A stretch of DNA of 64,000 bases from an uncultured delta proteobacterium (GTDB lineage Bacteria; Myxococcota_A; Polyangia; Polyangiales; B10-G4): assembly GCA_963727445.1 (NCBI GenBank), contig CAVSGI010000008.1, forward strand, positions 192,001 to 256,000. Reading direction: 5' to 3'. Every line of letters begins with the position of its first letter. Positions within the stretch are counted from its first letter, which is position 1. Below, piece after piece: positions 51,541 through 62,559 of this stretch. The position numbers were made by a program, and so were the translations under genes. The notes under the pieces are model-generated. The model was given only the letters and a program-made list of their open reading frames with translations. It was not told the origin of the DNA and ran no database searches.

Positions 51541-52274
51541 CGCGCGTGCTGGATGAGCCCGAACGCCGCGCCCTGAGGATCGTCGCACGCTGTAGCTCTG
51601 TCACCGTTCGGAAATCGGAAAGGATCGTGCGCCTTGCCGCCGAGCGAACGCACCCGGCTCAGGGTGGCGTCGATGTCCGCGACCGGAAAATGAAAGAGCC
51701 AATGGGTATGCACGCCCGGCCACCGCGCGGTGTTCGCGACGCTGCCCACCGGCGCTCCGCCGTCGGTCCACGCGAAGAGGTGATGGCCGCCCTCGGGATC
51801 GGCCGCCTCGAGGGTGCCCGCATCGTGCCATCCGGTGAGCTCGGCGTACGCGGCATAGGCACCGTCGGCGTCGCGGGTGTGGAGCTGGTGCCACGCCATC
51901 GGACGATCCGGAGGCGAGGCGTCCTCGCGCTGGCGAAGCGCGAGGATCGCTTCGAACGGATCGCGCAGAGTCGCCCACCTCGCTCCATCCGGGGCGGTCA
52001 CCGAAGGGCCCAACGTCTCTGCGCCCATCGCCACCATCGTCGCGACCGCCGCGTCGAGATCCTCCACCTCGAGGTGGCCCAGCCAATGCGCCGGCGCCCC
52101 CGCACGCCGCGCTCGCTCGTGGAGTGGCCAGGCCTCGAGGCAGGTGTCGGCGGAGCGACCTTCGGGAAGCGTCAGCCCGAGGGCCTCCCCGTAGAAGCGG
52201 CGCCCGGCCTCCGCGTCGGTGGTCCGCAGGGTGTATCGAGTGAACACCCGCCAACGCTGGCACGGGCGGAACAT
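51537..52274 (-). CDS. VOC/glyoxalase family protein
   Basis: LRTTD...FYG, PAHWLGH, WHQLHTRD, DDPQGAAFGL; start uncertain. Confidence 0.88.
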   Translation of the reverse strand: MFRPCQRWRVFTRYTLRTTDAEAGRRFYGEALGLTLPEGRSADTCLEAWPLHERARRAGAPAHWLGHLEVEDLDAAVATMVAMGAETLGPSVTAPDGARWATLRDPFEAILALRQREDASPPDRPMAWHQLHTRDADGAYAAYAELTGWHDAGTLEAADPEGGHHLFAWTDGGAPVGSVANTARWPGVHTHWLFHFPVADIDATLSRVRSLGGKAHDPFRFPNGDRATACDDPQGAAFGLIQHAR

Positions 52275-52365
52275 TGCAGCAATGATCCAAGTCCTCCGGT
52301 GTCCCCAGTCGAGGAGGACGCACGCCTGTTGACAGTGTGGTCGGGATCGCGCGAATTTCGCCGCG

Positions 52366-52722
52366 ATGCGAAACGCGATGATCGGGGCCGCCACGCTTCT
52401 GCTCTTTCTCGCCGTCGGCTGTGGGGGCGCTCCGCTGCCCGACAGCTCGGTGTCGGCGACACAGGCCGCCATCCGCGCTGCCCAGGAGGTGGGCGCCGGC
52501 GACGTGCCCAAGGCGGCGCTTCATCTTCGCTATGCGACGGATCAATTCGACGAGGCCGAGGCGCTGCAGAGCGACGGTGACGAAGAGAGAGCCGCCTACG
52601 TGCTCATGCGCGCCCAGGCCGACGCGGAGCTCGCCATCGAGCTCACGCGCGCGCAGGCCGCCAATCAGGAAGCGGACGAGGCCGAGCGCGAGGCCCAGGA
52701 GCTCGAACAGCGTCGCCACTGA
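52366..52722 (+). CDS. DUF4398-like lipoprotein
   Basis: Lipobox AVGC; AAIRAAQEVGA..VPKAALHL; RAQADAELA. Confidence 0.85.
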   Translation: MRNAMIGAATLLLFLAVGCGGAPLPDSSVSATQAAIRAAQEVGAGDVPKAALHLRYATDQFDEAEALQSDGDEERAAYVLMRAQADAELAIELTRAQAANQEADEAEREAQELEQRRH

Positions 52723-52741
52723 GCGGCGGAAGGGAAGACCG

Positions 52742-53665
52742 ATGGAGGGGATTCAGTGGCGAGTCGGCTGCTTGGCAGCGTGCTTGGTCCTCGTGGCGTG
52801 TGGCGCAGCTGCGCCCCCCACCGAGCTGGTCGACGCGCGTGAGGCCTACGCGCGCGCCGCAGAAGGGACGGCCGGCGAGCTCGCGCCGGTGCAGGTCGAA
52901 ACGGCGCGGCAGTCACTCGCCGAGGCGGAGAAGGCCTTCGAGGACGAGCCCGAGGCGCTTCGCACGCGGGACCTCGCCTACGTGGCGCTTCGCCAGGCGG
53001 AGTCCGCCGAGGCCCACGCCGAGCAGGCGACGGCGCGCCTTCGAGCGGCCCGCGCCCGAGGCGAAGAAGAGGAGATGCGCACGCGGCTCGAACGCGAGCG
53101 CGAAGCCGAGCTCAACATGACCCGCGAGCAGCTCGCCGAGCACCGGCGTGCTTTCGATCAGCAGTCACGCGAGCTCGAGGAGCGCGAAAGGCAGCTGGCC
53201 GAGCGCGAAGAGCAGCTCGAACGTGAGCGCGAGGCGCGTCAGAGCGCCGAGGCCGAAGCCGCCGCCGCCCTCGAGAGCCTGCGGCGCGTCGCCGCCGTCC
53301 AAGAGGAGGAGCGCGGGCTGGTGATCACGCTCTCGGGCGCGGTGCTCTTCGCTTCGGGGCAGAGCGAGCTCCTGCCCATCGCACAGCAGAAGTTGGACCA
53401 GGTCGCCGACACGCTGAACGACAACCCGGATCGGGCGATCACCATCGAAGGCCACACCGACTCGCGCGGCTCACGCCGACGCAACGAGGCGCTCTCCCTC
53501 GCGCGCGCCAACTCCGTACGCGACTACCTCGTCTCGAAGGAGGTCGACGCGAACCGGATTCGCACCGTGGGCCTCGGCTCGCAGCGGCCGGTCGCCGACA
53601 ACCACACGGCCGAGGGACGCGCCAACAACCGGCGCGTCGAGATCATCGTCGCGCCTCCTCAATAA
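52742..53665 (+). CDS. OmpA family lipoprotein with DUF4398/coiled-coil region
   Basis: RGLVITLSGAVLF, IEGHTDSRG, LSLARANSV, NHTAEGRANNRRVEI. Confidence 0.95.
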   Translation: MEGIQWRVGCLAACLVLVACGAAAPPTELVDAREAYARAAEGTAGELAPVQVETARQSLAEAEKAFEDEPEALRTRDLAYVALRQAESAEAHAEQATARLRAARARGEEEEMRTRLEREREAELNMTREQLAEHRRAFDQQSRELEERERQLAEREEQLEREREARQSAEAEAAAALESLRRVAAVQEEERGLVITLSGAVLFASGQSELLPIAQQKLDQVADTLNDNPDRAITIEGHTDSRGSRRRNEALSLARANSVRDYLVSKEVDANRIRTVGLGSQRPVADNHTAEGRANNRRVEIIVAPPQ

Positions 53666-53689
53666 GGCTCGGTGCTACAATGCCCGCCC

Positions 53690-54205
53690 ATGGGCGAGGC
53701 GCTGACCGTGCAAGAGCTCGCGACGAAGGCAGCGGGCCTGTCGGCTCAGGCCTTCACGGCGGAGCTCGGTCCATGGGTGCTCATCGGGCCGCCAGCCGAG
53801 TCGAAGATGCCCGACAAGTGGTCGTATGCCACGCAGCATGCGATGCCGGCCCTCACCAGCAATCCCTTCGGCCCGATCGCGACGAACATCGTCTTTCCCC
53901 TTCGCGCTCGGGATCGCCGCGCCGCCGTCGGGACCTCCATCCTGATCGGGCGCACCGACTCGAACGACGTCTGCATCTCGGACCCGAGCATCTCCAAGCT
54001 CCACGCGCGAGTGACGAAGACCGACTTCGCGCTCAGCGATGCCGGCTCGACGAACGGCACCTTCGTCAACGGCCGGAAGCTGGGCCCGTCGGAATCGATC
54101 CCCCTGAAGGCCAACATGCTGCTCCGCTTCGGGGACCGCGCGTTCCAGGTGCACGCCGCCGAGGCGCTGCACACCACGCTGCAAGGGCTCGCACGCAGGC
54201 CCTGA
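53690..54205 (+). CDS. FHA domain protein
   Basis: LIGRTDSND, SISKLHA, DAGSTNGTFVNG; TACAAT 8 nt before ATG. Confidence 0.92.
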   Translation: MGEALTVQELATKAAGLSAQAFTAELGPWVLIGPPAESKMPDKWSYATQHAMPALTSNPFGPIATNIVFPLRARDRRAAVGTSILIGRTDSNDVCISDPSISKLHARVTKTDFALSDAGSTNGTFVNGRKLGPSESIPLKANMLLRFGDRAFQVHAAEALHTTLQGLARRP

Positions 54206-54211
54206 CGCCGA

Positions 54212-54865
54212 TCAGCCGCGCTCGAATGCGAGCGCCCGGGCCGAGACGGGCAGCGGGCTCGGCCCTCCTTCGCCGCGCAGCGGCACTCCGTCCACGGCGC
54301 TGTCGTAGATGGTGAGCCAGAACGAATCGAGCGCGCGGGGAACGAGCCACGATACGTCCAGGTCGATGCCGAGGGCGCAGACGACGATGGCGTGCGCCTC
54401 GGCGACGCGCCGCAGACGCGCGAGCACCTGGTCGACGACCTCGCCCGTGAAGGGATCGTAGAGATAGAAGACGGTCCCGTCGTCGAGGGGAGCGTCGCGT
54501 ACGTCAGCGGCGACGAAAGTGGCGCGCGCTCCCATCCGCGCCGCGCAGGCCCGCGCGCGGCGGACGAGCGCTGGACGGATCTCGATCCCCCGCCCGGTCG
54601 CCCCCGTCAGCATCTCGGCCAGCAACACCACCTTGCCGAGGCCACAGCCGAGATCGATCAGGACGTCCTCGGGCGTCACCGGCACCTCGAGGAGCGAACG
54701 CACGATCGGAGCGAGGCCGCTGGGGTGGTACCCGATCAGCGAGTCGCCGGGAGGCTCGCTGTTCGCGCCGTCCGCGATGCCCAGTCTCGCCTCGACCGCG
54801 GCGTCACGGCGCGAAGCCGGCAGAGTGGCGAGGTGGGTGAGAAGCGCGTGGGCATCGGGGTGCAC
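54212..54865 (-). CDS. Class I SAM-dependent methyltransferase
   Basis: LIDLGCGLGK, GIEI, ADV, FYLYDPF. Confidence 0.88.
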   Translation of the reverse strand: MHPDAHALLTHLATLPASRRDAAVEARLGIADGANSEPPGDSLIGYHPSGLAPIVRSLLEVPVTPEDVLIDLGCGLGKVVLLAEMLTGATGRGIEIRPALVRRARACAARMGARATFVAADVRDAPLDDGTVFYLYDPFTGEVVDQVLARLRRVAEAHAIVVCALGIDLDVSWLVPRALDSFWLTIYDSAVDGVPLRGEGGPSPLPVSARALAFERG

Positions 54866-54961
54866 CAGCGGACGTTCTCATGATCGTGAGCTCAATTGTA
54901 CGCGCTCGGTCGAATATCGAACAGCCTTGTTCTTCCAGGCAGGGGGTGCAGATTCTCGGTC

Positions 54962-56131
54962 ATGCCCACCCCGCTCATCCGACGACGCCAGCGCGTTCTG
55001 AACCGCCTCCTGGACTCCCCGGCGCTGGTGGAGACCATCCGCGCGCTGCCGGCCAGCGCCCTCGGGTTGGTGATCGCCGAGGTCGGCGTGGAGGACTCGG
55101 CCGAGATCGTCGCGCTGGCGACCACGGAACAGCTGGTCCACCTCTTCGACGAAGACGTGTTCGAGAACGAGCACGTCGACCCGGCGCGCTTCGGCCTCTG
55201 GCTCGAGGTGCTCCTCGAAGCAGGCGATGCCTTCGCCGCCGACCGCGTGGTGGAGCTTCCCGAGGACCTGGTCTACGCCGCGGTGAACGACTACGCCTGG
55301 GTCTTCGACCTCGACGCGCTCGCGGTGGAGATCGCGGAGCGAGAGGATCTCACCGAGGTCAACGACCTGCTCGAAGCCGCGCGGACCGAAGAGCTCCTGG
55401 GGCGGCTCTTGGTGGTGCGGCGTAGCGATGGATGGGACGCGCTCTGGACCACGCTGGTGGCGATCGCCGAGCGGCATGGGGACTATGCGGAGCGCCTCCT
55501 CGACCGACTCTGCGCCCAGTCGATGGACAGCGTCTCCGAGGAGGGGCTGTACGAGGCGCTCTCCGCGGAGCAGATGTTGGTGGAGGACGCGGCCGCGGGA
55601 CGCGAGGAGCGGCGTGCCGCCGTCGGCTACGTCTCGGAGTCCGACGCACGCGCCTTCTTGAGGCTGGCCCGTGAGGGCGGCGGGGACGCGGAGACGAGAG
55701 ACGCGATCACCTCCGCCTGGTTTCGCCGCCTCGCCCCTCGACCGACGCCCGCGACGCCCGGGGTCGCCCTCGACCTCGAAGCGCTCCTCGAGCGTGCGGG
55801 CGCGCGTGGTCAGCGCGTCCCCACCCTACCCGCCGACCGAGGCCACATCGATCCGGTCTCGCGCCTGCGCGCCGCCATGGAAGCCCTGTCGCGCACGAAC
55901 CTGGAGACACACGCCGCCCGTCTCGAGGAGCTGTCCTTCCTCGCGAACGTGCTCAGCGCAGGCGCGCCGATGGCCGACCGTCCGAAGCGCGCCGTCGAAG
56001 CGGTGGAAGAGGCGCTCGAGGTGGCGGCGCGGGCGCTCGTCGCGCGCGCCCCGAGCCCCGACGCCGACGCCCGAATCCTCGCCGAGCGTCCTCTCAATCT
56101 CCTCTTTCGCGAGGGCTACCGGGAGCGCTGA
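54962..56131 (+). CDS. Conserved hypothetical protein (DUF6178-like)
   Basis: GVEDSAEIVALATTEQL..LFDED, RFGLWLEVL, GYVS..DARAFL, EELSFLANVL. Confidence 0.7.
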   Translation: MPTPLIRRRQRVLNRLLDSPALVETIRALPASALGLVIAEVGVEDSAEIVALATTEQLVHLFDEDVFENEHVDPARFGLWLEVLLEAGDAFAADRVVELPEDLVYAAVNDYAWVFDLDALAVEIAEREDLTEVNDLLEAARTEELLGRLLVVRRSDGWDALWTTLVAIAERHGDYAERLLDRLCAQSMDSVSEEGLYEALSAEQMLVEDAAAGREERRAAVGYVSESDARAFLRLAREGGGDAETRDAITSAWFRRLAPRPTPATPGVALDLEALLERAGARGQRVPTLPADRGHIDPVSRLRAAMEALSRTNLETHAARLEELSFLANVLSAGAPMADRPKRAVEAVEEALEVAARALVARAPSPDADARILAERPLNLLFREGYRER

Positions 56132-56135
56132 GCGC

Positions 56136-57458
56136 TCACGAGAGCACACCCGAGAGCTCGGTGTCGCCGTCATCGCCGAAGATCGCGCCGCTGCCGCCGA
56201 AGCGTCCCTCGACGCCGAAACCGCGGAGCAGGGTCACGAAGAGGTTGGCGAGGCTCGTCCCCGCCCCGTTCACCTGACGGCCGTCGGCCGCGACGAGACC
56301 CGCGCCACCGAAGATGAGCGGGCAGACGCGCGCGTGGTCGTGAACGCTGCCCTCGCCCATGCTGGGCATCACCAGGACCAGCGTGTCGTCGAGGAGGGTT
56401 CGGCCGTCGGCGGTGGGCGTCCCGTCGAGACGCCCGAGGAGGTCGGCGAGCATCTCCGCGTGCCAGCGCTCCACGGCCTCGAGGCGCGCTCGTCCGCCGG
56501 GGCTGAGGTCATGGGAGAGCACGTGATGACCGCCGGGTGCGCCGAGGAAGTCGTGAGAGCGCAGGCTCAGCCCGAACTCGATCATGAAGGTCATGACGCG
56601 CGTCTGGTCGCATTGGAAGGCCAGCCGGATCAGCTCGTGAAAGGTCGGGACGCGCTCGGGATAGGTGAGGGTCGGCGAGGGCCCCGTCTCGTCGGCGCCG
56701 CACGCCGAGGGCGGGCGGAGCAGGCCGGACTGGAGCTCCGAGAGCGCGTCGCGATACTGCTGGAAGGTCGCGCGGTCGTCGGCGCCGAGGCGTGATTCGA
56801 AGCGCGACGCGCGATCGTTCGTCGCGTCGAGCAACGAGCGCACCGAGCCGTGGCGGATGTCGGCGGCGCCGGCCGTGCGTCCGTCCGCGGCCCCGTCGCC
56901 GAAGAGCCGGGAGAACGCGGCCGCCGGGCTGATAGTGGGCAGGAGCGGCTGGCGCGGCCCGCTCCACGAGAGGCTCTGCGTGTAGGCACAGGCGGCGCCG
57001 CCCACGTCGCAGACGCCCGGCTCGCCGGCGCTCCACTGGAGCGACCCGAAGCGCGTGTCGGGCGCGAGCTCGCGCGCCAGCAGCTGGTCGAAGGAGATGT
57101 CGTTGAAGACCGCGCCGCGATCGAGCGTGGGGATGGCCGTTCCGGTGAGCAGCGTGCCGGTGCCCATCGCGTGTGCAGCGCCGGGGCTGCGTGAGGCCGC
57201 GGTGTTGTGGAGGTCGATGATCGACAGCGCGCGGTTGGCAAAAGGCTGAAGGGCGGAAGCGGTGCCCGGAAACGTGAGGCCGCCGCCGCCCGCCGCGGGG
57301 ATCCAGTTGTTCCGGACGCGACCGTTGGGCAGGTAGTAGACGAGGAGGCGCGGCGTGGGAGCGGCGGCGCGCGAGCGGCCGGCCAGCAGGTTGAGCGCCG
57401 GGAGCGCCAGGGCTGCGCCGGCGGCTGCGCGCAGGAGACGGCGGCGTCCGAGCTTCAT
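56136..57458 (-). CDS. DUF1552 domain protein with Tat-like leader
   Basis: RRRLLRAAAGAALALPAL, YLPNG, ISFDQ, LAFQCDQTRV, HHVLSH, TLLDDTLV. Confidence 0.9.
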   Translation of the reverse strand: MKLGRRRLLRAAAGAALALPALNLLAGRSRAAAPTPRLLVYYLPNGRVRNNWIPAAGGGGLTFPGTASALQPFANRALSIIDLHNTAASRSPGAAHAMGTGTLLTGTAIPTLDRGAVFNDISFDQLLARELAPDTRFGSLQWSAGEPGVCDVGGAACAYTQSLSWSGPRQPLLPTISPAAAFSRLFGDGAADGRTAGAADIRHGSVRSLLDATNDRASRFESRLGADDRATFQQYRDALSELQSGLLRPPSACGADETGPSPTLTYPERVPTFHELIRLAFQCDQTRVMTFMIEFGLSLRSHDFLGAPGGHHVLSHDLSPGGRARLEAVERWHAEMLADLLGRLDGTPTADGRTLLDDTLVLVMPSMGEGSVHDHARVCPLIFGGAGLVAADGRQVNGAGTSLANLFVTLLRGFGVEGRFGGSGAIFGDDGDTELSGVLS

Positions 57459-59862
57459 GGGGCATCTCCTTCGGGTGGGGGTGCGCGGAAGGCCTCGGAG
57501 AGCGCGATGGCTTCGAGGAGCGCCGGGAGGCTCTGTTCGGCGCCCACCACCTCGGTCGCGATCGCATCGATCGCGGGCTGATCCTCGGGCGACACCGTCC
57601 GCCCGACGGCGTAGCTGTAGAGCCACTGGGTCAGGCAAGAAGCGAAGAGCTGTGGGTCGAGGACGGCGGCGAGCCCCTCGGCTCCCTCGAAGGTCTCACC
57701 CGTGGGGAGCTCGCCGACGCTGTCGAGCCCGGGCTCCGCCCGAAAGCGTCCGACCGCGTCGTAGAGCTCGAAGCCCATGCCGACGACGTCGAGGCGATCG
57801 TGACACGAGGCGCACACCGGATCGCTGCGGTGCCGCTCCAGCTGCTCGCGCTTCGACAGGCCGTCCTCGAACTCGAGCTCGCCCACCACCAGGCCCGCGG
57901 GCGGCGGGGGCACGGGCTGGCAGAGGATGTGGTCGGAGATGAAACGCCCGCGCTGGATCGGCGACGAGTGCGCGCCCTTGACGTGCAGGCTCAGCCAGCC
58001 GCCGAGCGACAGAACGCTCGCGCGGCCCTGTGCGGCCGGCACCTCGACCATCGCCTCACTGCCCACCGGCTCCGTTCCGTAGTGCGCCGCCAGGCGGTCG
58101 TTCGACATCGCGAAGTCGGCGTCGAGGAGGTCGAGGGCCGGGCGCTCGGACGCGAGGAACGCAGCGAAGAAGCTCTTGGCTTCGTCCTCGAAGGCGAGGC
58201 GCAAGGCGGCGTCCGACGCCTCGGGAAAAGCTTCGGCGTCGGGCGACCACTGCGCGAGGCGCCGGGTGGAGAGCCACTGCTCCCCGAAGCCGTCCACGAT
58301 CCCGCGCGCACGTGGGTCCGCCAACATGCGGCGCACCTGCGCGCGGATCCCGTCGTCACTTCGAAGCTCCCCGCGCGCCGCGGCCTCGAGCAGCGCGTCG
58401 TCCGGCATGCTGCTCCACAGGAAGTAGGACAGGCGGCTCGCGAGCCAGTAGTCGTCGCCGGGCGTGTAGGCCCGGTAGATGAAGTCGGGCGAGATCAAGA
58501 TTCTGACGCAGCACCAGCCGGAGCGCGTCATCGCCGCTCTCGCCGCCGCCCACGAGCTCGATGAAGAGCGTCGCCAGCGCGTCCGACTCCGCTTCGTCGA
58601 GAGGGCGGCGCCACGCGCGACGGGCGAAGGTGGTGACGATGGTGCGATAGCAGGCGAGGTCGTAGGCGCTCGCGTCGGGCCGCTGGGCCGAGACGTCGAG
58701 GGTGTAGACGTGCGGCGTCGCGCCCTGCACCAGGTGAGGGCCCTGGGGCCAGGCAGGACCCGAGGGGAGCGCGTCGCGCTCCGCCGCGGAGAGAGGCTCC
58801 ACGTCCGCGAAGGCGAAACGCCAATCGGCCATGGACTGTGGATTCTGGACGTGCCGCTTGATCTCGACGCCGTCGGCGTCGACGTCGATGATGTAGACAG
58901 CGGGATCGCCCGGGGTCTGCACCAGGCGCGGCCGCGCGACGAGCGCCGGCCCCTCCGCCCAAACGTCCGCGTCCGCCACGTGCGCGATGTCCTCGCCCCG
59001 GAAACGCCACGCGGCGAAGGCAGTGGGATCGGGCACGTGGCGGCGCACGTCGACGGTCGCGGGCGCGGGCGGCGGCGCCGGATCGCAGACGTAGACGAGA
59101 GCGCGTCCCGGCGCCTCGGCCAGCGGACCGCGGAGCTCCACCGCCTCCACGTTCACGTTGTTGCCATAGCCGCTCGCCGGCTCGTTGATGTAGTTGATGG
59201 GGATGAAGCGAAAGACGTGCTCGCCCGCGCCGAGGTCCGTGGAAAACACGTGCTCTACCGCACGCGCGGCGCCGCCGCGCACCGCCACCGTCCCGAGCTC
59301 CGTTCCATCGACCTCCACGCGCACGCGCGGCGTCAGAATCCTGGGCCACCAGCTCCTGACCGAAGAAGGGCCCGCCCGCGACGAAGACCACGTCGAGGGG
59401 CCCAGCCGGAACCGTGCGGGTGAGCGCGAGCGTGTGACCGCGGAGCGCGAGGAAGCTGCCGACGCGCTCGCCATCCACGGGGAGCTCCGAAGCGTCCGTG
59501 CGGTCGACGAAGGAGGGCTGATCCGTGAGCGCGTCGTCCACCACCCGCTTCGCGGCGTCGTAGTACGCGGCGAGCAGGGTCGGCGTCAGCGTGAGGTTCT
59601 CCGCGAGGTTGTCGAGACCGGCGGACGCCGCGTCCGGGGGAAACGCCTCCGAGGGCGTGAGCCGCGTGCCCAGGAGATCGTGAACGGTGTTGTCGTACTC
59701 GAGGCGGTTGAGGCGGTGCAGCTGCGGCGTCGCGAGGCCGCTCCCGCGTTCGGAGGCATCGGGGCGCTCCGAAGGGTCTCCGCCACCCCCCGCGTCGCTC
59801 AGCCAGCCCGTGCAGGCTGCGAGGAGCCAGGGCATTGCGAGCGCGACCGTGAAGCGAAACAT
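57455..59862 (-). CDS. DUF1587/1595/1592/1588/1585 multidomain lipoprotein (frameshifts near 59330 and 58500)
   Basis: HRLNRLEYDNTVHDLLG, FARRAWRRP, LASRLSYFLWSSMPD, SSPIQRG, CASCH, GFELYDAVGRFR. Confidence 0.92.
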
Positions 59863-60081
59863 CTGCAACCTCAACATCTCGGGAGCAGGAAGCGTGCCGC
59901 CGCCTCGCGCGGCCCAGGGGCCCCGATCGCGGGCCACGAGCAGCGCTCGGATGCCCACCTGGCACGGATCGGGCCCTGCCGCGTCCAGGTTTTTCGAGCC
60001 CGGGCCCCGATGGCAGACACGGTCAAAGCCTTGGCATCGCGCGGTCAAGACCCGTCTCGCCGTCGGGGCCAGGTTCGGGTC

Positions 60082-61645
60082 ATGACCCATCCACCCGACA
60101 ACCGCTCCGCACTGCACTCGGCTCTGGACCGCCGCCCGTGGTCCTGGCTGCTGCTCGGCGCCGTGCTCCTGGTCGCCTCCCAGCTCCGCTTCGGGATCGG
60201 CGTTCTCGCGTGGCTCGCGCCCGTTCCCTTCCTCCACTACCTCCGCATCACCGAGCGGTGGCCCTCGCGCGTCGCCTTCCTCGCCGCCTCGCTCGTCGCC
60301 TACACGCTCGCGATCGCGAAGATCATCACAGCCCCCCTACCGCTCGCCTTCGCCCCGCTCTTCGGTCTGCCCATCGGTCTCGTGCTCTCGCTGCCGCTGC
60401 TCGCGATCGGGCCGCTGCGCCGGCAGCTCGGAGAGGCGCCCGCGGCCCTCGGCTTCAGCGCGCTGATGGTCACGGCGGAGTGGACGCTCCACGGGCTCCT
60501 TCCCTTCGGCACCTGGTGCTCCGCTGCCAACACTCAGCTCGACCACCTCGCCCTCATGCAGCTCGCCTCGGTCACGGGCCTGCACGGCGTCAGCTTCCTC
60601 GTCTACGCGTTCGCCGCGGCGCTCGAGAGCGTCCTCGCCGCACCCTCGCCGGGCAGGCGCCGGGCGCTCGCCGGTGTCGCCGTCGCCATCGTCGCCGCGA
60701 GCGCCCTCGGGCAGGCGCGTCTGGCCGCGTCCACGGCGAGCGGTACGGCACGGACGGAAGTCGCCACGGTGGACACCGACTCCACGATCGGCGCCGGGCC
60801 GCTGCCCACACAGGACGAGCTCCGCGCCGTGAACGAAAACCTCTTTCGTCGTTCGCGCGCCGCCGCCGACGCGGGCGTCGCGCTCATCGTCTGGACCGAA
60901 GCCGCCACCATGGTGATGCCCGAAGACGAGGCGCGCTTCCTCGGCGAGGCCTCCGCCTTCGCCCGCGACGAAGACGTCACCCTGGTCGCGGCGTACATCG
61001 TCCCGATCTCCTTCGAGCCGCTCCGCTACCGCAACCGCTACGCGTTCGTGACCCCGGGTGGCGTCGATCACGTCTACGACAAGCACCATCCGGTACCCGG
61101 GGAGCCGGCCGTCGCCGGCGACGCTCGGATGCCGCTCTTCGAGAGCGAGGCGCTGGGCCGCGTCTCGGGCGCGATTCTGCTACGACTACGACTTCCCGCG
61201 CCTCGGCCTGGTGCACGCCGCGCTCGACGTCGATTCCGTGGTCCTGCCCTCCTCCGATTGGCGGGGCATCGACCCCATCCACACCGAGATGGCCGCCGTG
61301 CGGGCCATCGAGGGGGGACACTCGCTCGTCCGCTCCACCCGCTTCGGGCTGTCCGCGGGCTACGATCCTTGGGGACGGGCCCGGGGGTGGCTCAGCCACT
61401 TCGACCCGGGCGAGCGGGTCCTCACGATGAGCCTGCCCCATCACGGGGTGACCACGATCTACGGCGTCCTGGGCGACTGGTTCCCGCTCCTGTGTGGCAT
61501 CGTCGCCTTCGCGCTACTGGCGACGGCGTCGGCTCGCCGCCTCGGGTATGCTGCGTCGTCGTGGCCGACACCGTCCTCTCCGTCGCCAGCCGCGCCATCC
61601 TCGACGCCTACGAGCAGCTCGGCCTCGACGGCGACGCGCTCCTGA
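60082..61645 (+). CDS. Lnt-like membrane carbon-nitrogen hydrolase (frameshift near 61175)
   Basis: LAWLAPVP; triad-like WTEAA, YDKHHPVP, CYDYDFP; RAIEGG, TIYGVLGDWF; 3' end overlaps next gene. Confidence 0.85.
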
Positions 61646-62556
61646 ACGCCGCCGGGCTCGCGCGCGAAGAGGTCCGCGATCCGGATCGGCGCATCCCCGC
61701 GGCGCGCGCCGACGCGCTCTTCGCGGCGGCCTACGCGCGCGCGGACGATCCCCACCTCGCGCTCCACGCCGCCGAAGCGCTGCCCTTTGGCGCGTACAAG
61801 GTGGTGGACTTCCTCTGCGCGCACAGCGCGACGGTGGCGGAGGCCTACCGTCGCATCGCCGCGTATTTCGCGCTCGTCGACGTCCGCGCCCAGATCGAGG
61901 TGCGCGAGAGCCCGCCCTCTCTCGTGATGCGCAGCGCCTCGGGCCAGCCGGTGCCGCCGCCTGCGCAGGAGTACACCTTCGCAGCGCTGATCCGGCGCAT
62001 GGCGCTTTGCGTCGGCGACGACTTTCATCCGCAAGCCGTCGAGCTCTCCTTCGATGCACCCCCCGATGCGTCCGAGCACCAGCGGGTGTTCGGCGCTCCC
62101 GTTCGATTCGGTGCGCCAAAGCCGCGGGTCCTCTTCGACGAGGCGACGTTCCACGCGTCGATCCGCGACGCCAACCCGGCCCTCGCCTCCGTGCTCGAAG
62201 ACCACGCCCGGCGCCTGGTCGGCGAGCTTCCTGCCGGCGACGATCTGGCGGGTCAGGTCCGCGCGGCCATCGCCGAGCAGCCCGACTCGGGAGCCGCCAC
62301 GGTCAAGAGCGTCGCCAAGCGGCTCGCCATGAGCGAACGGACGCTCTCACGCCGGCTGAGAGAGCGCGACCTCACCTTCGGGCAGCTCAAGGCCGAGTCT
62401 CGTTTCGCCCTGGCCCGTACGCACCTCGGCGATCCGTCTCTCTCCCTCGCGGAGGTGGCGTGGCTCCTGGGCTTCGCCGACCAGAGCGCCTTCACCCGCG
62501 CGTTTCGCCGGTGGTCGGGCAAGCCGCCGGGCGAGTTCCGGCGCGAAGAGCGCTGA
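61561..62556 (+). CDS. AraC family regulator
   Basis: DPDRRIP, VAKRLAMSERTLSRRL, LAEVAWLLGFADQSAFTRAFRRWSG; TATGCT 8 nt before GTG. Confidence 0.93.
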   Translation: MADTVLSVASRAILDAYEQLGLDGDALLNAAGLAREEVRDPDRRIPAARADALFAAAYARADDPHLALHAAEALPFGAYKVVDFLCAHSATVAEAYRRIAAYFALVDVRAQIEVRESPPSLVMRSASGQPVPPPAQEYTFAALIRRMALCVGDDFHPQAVELSFDAPPDASEHQRVFGAPVRFGAPKPRVLFDEATFHASIRDANPALASVLEDHARRLVGELPAGDDLAGQVRAAIAEQPDSGAATVKSVAKRLAMSERTLSRRLRERDLTFGQLKAESRFALARTHLGDPSLSLAEVAWLLGFADQSAFTRAFRRWSGKPPGEFRREER

Positions 62557-62559
62557 GCC

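Noticed and set aside
59194..62556. 1120-aa Lnt-AraC fusion from the ORF track
   Set aside because: Artefact of the frameshift near 61175; the Lnt-like C-terminus is in another frame and AraC has its own -10 and GTG
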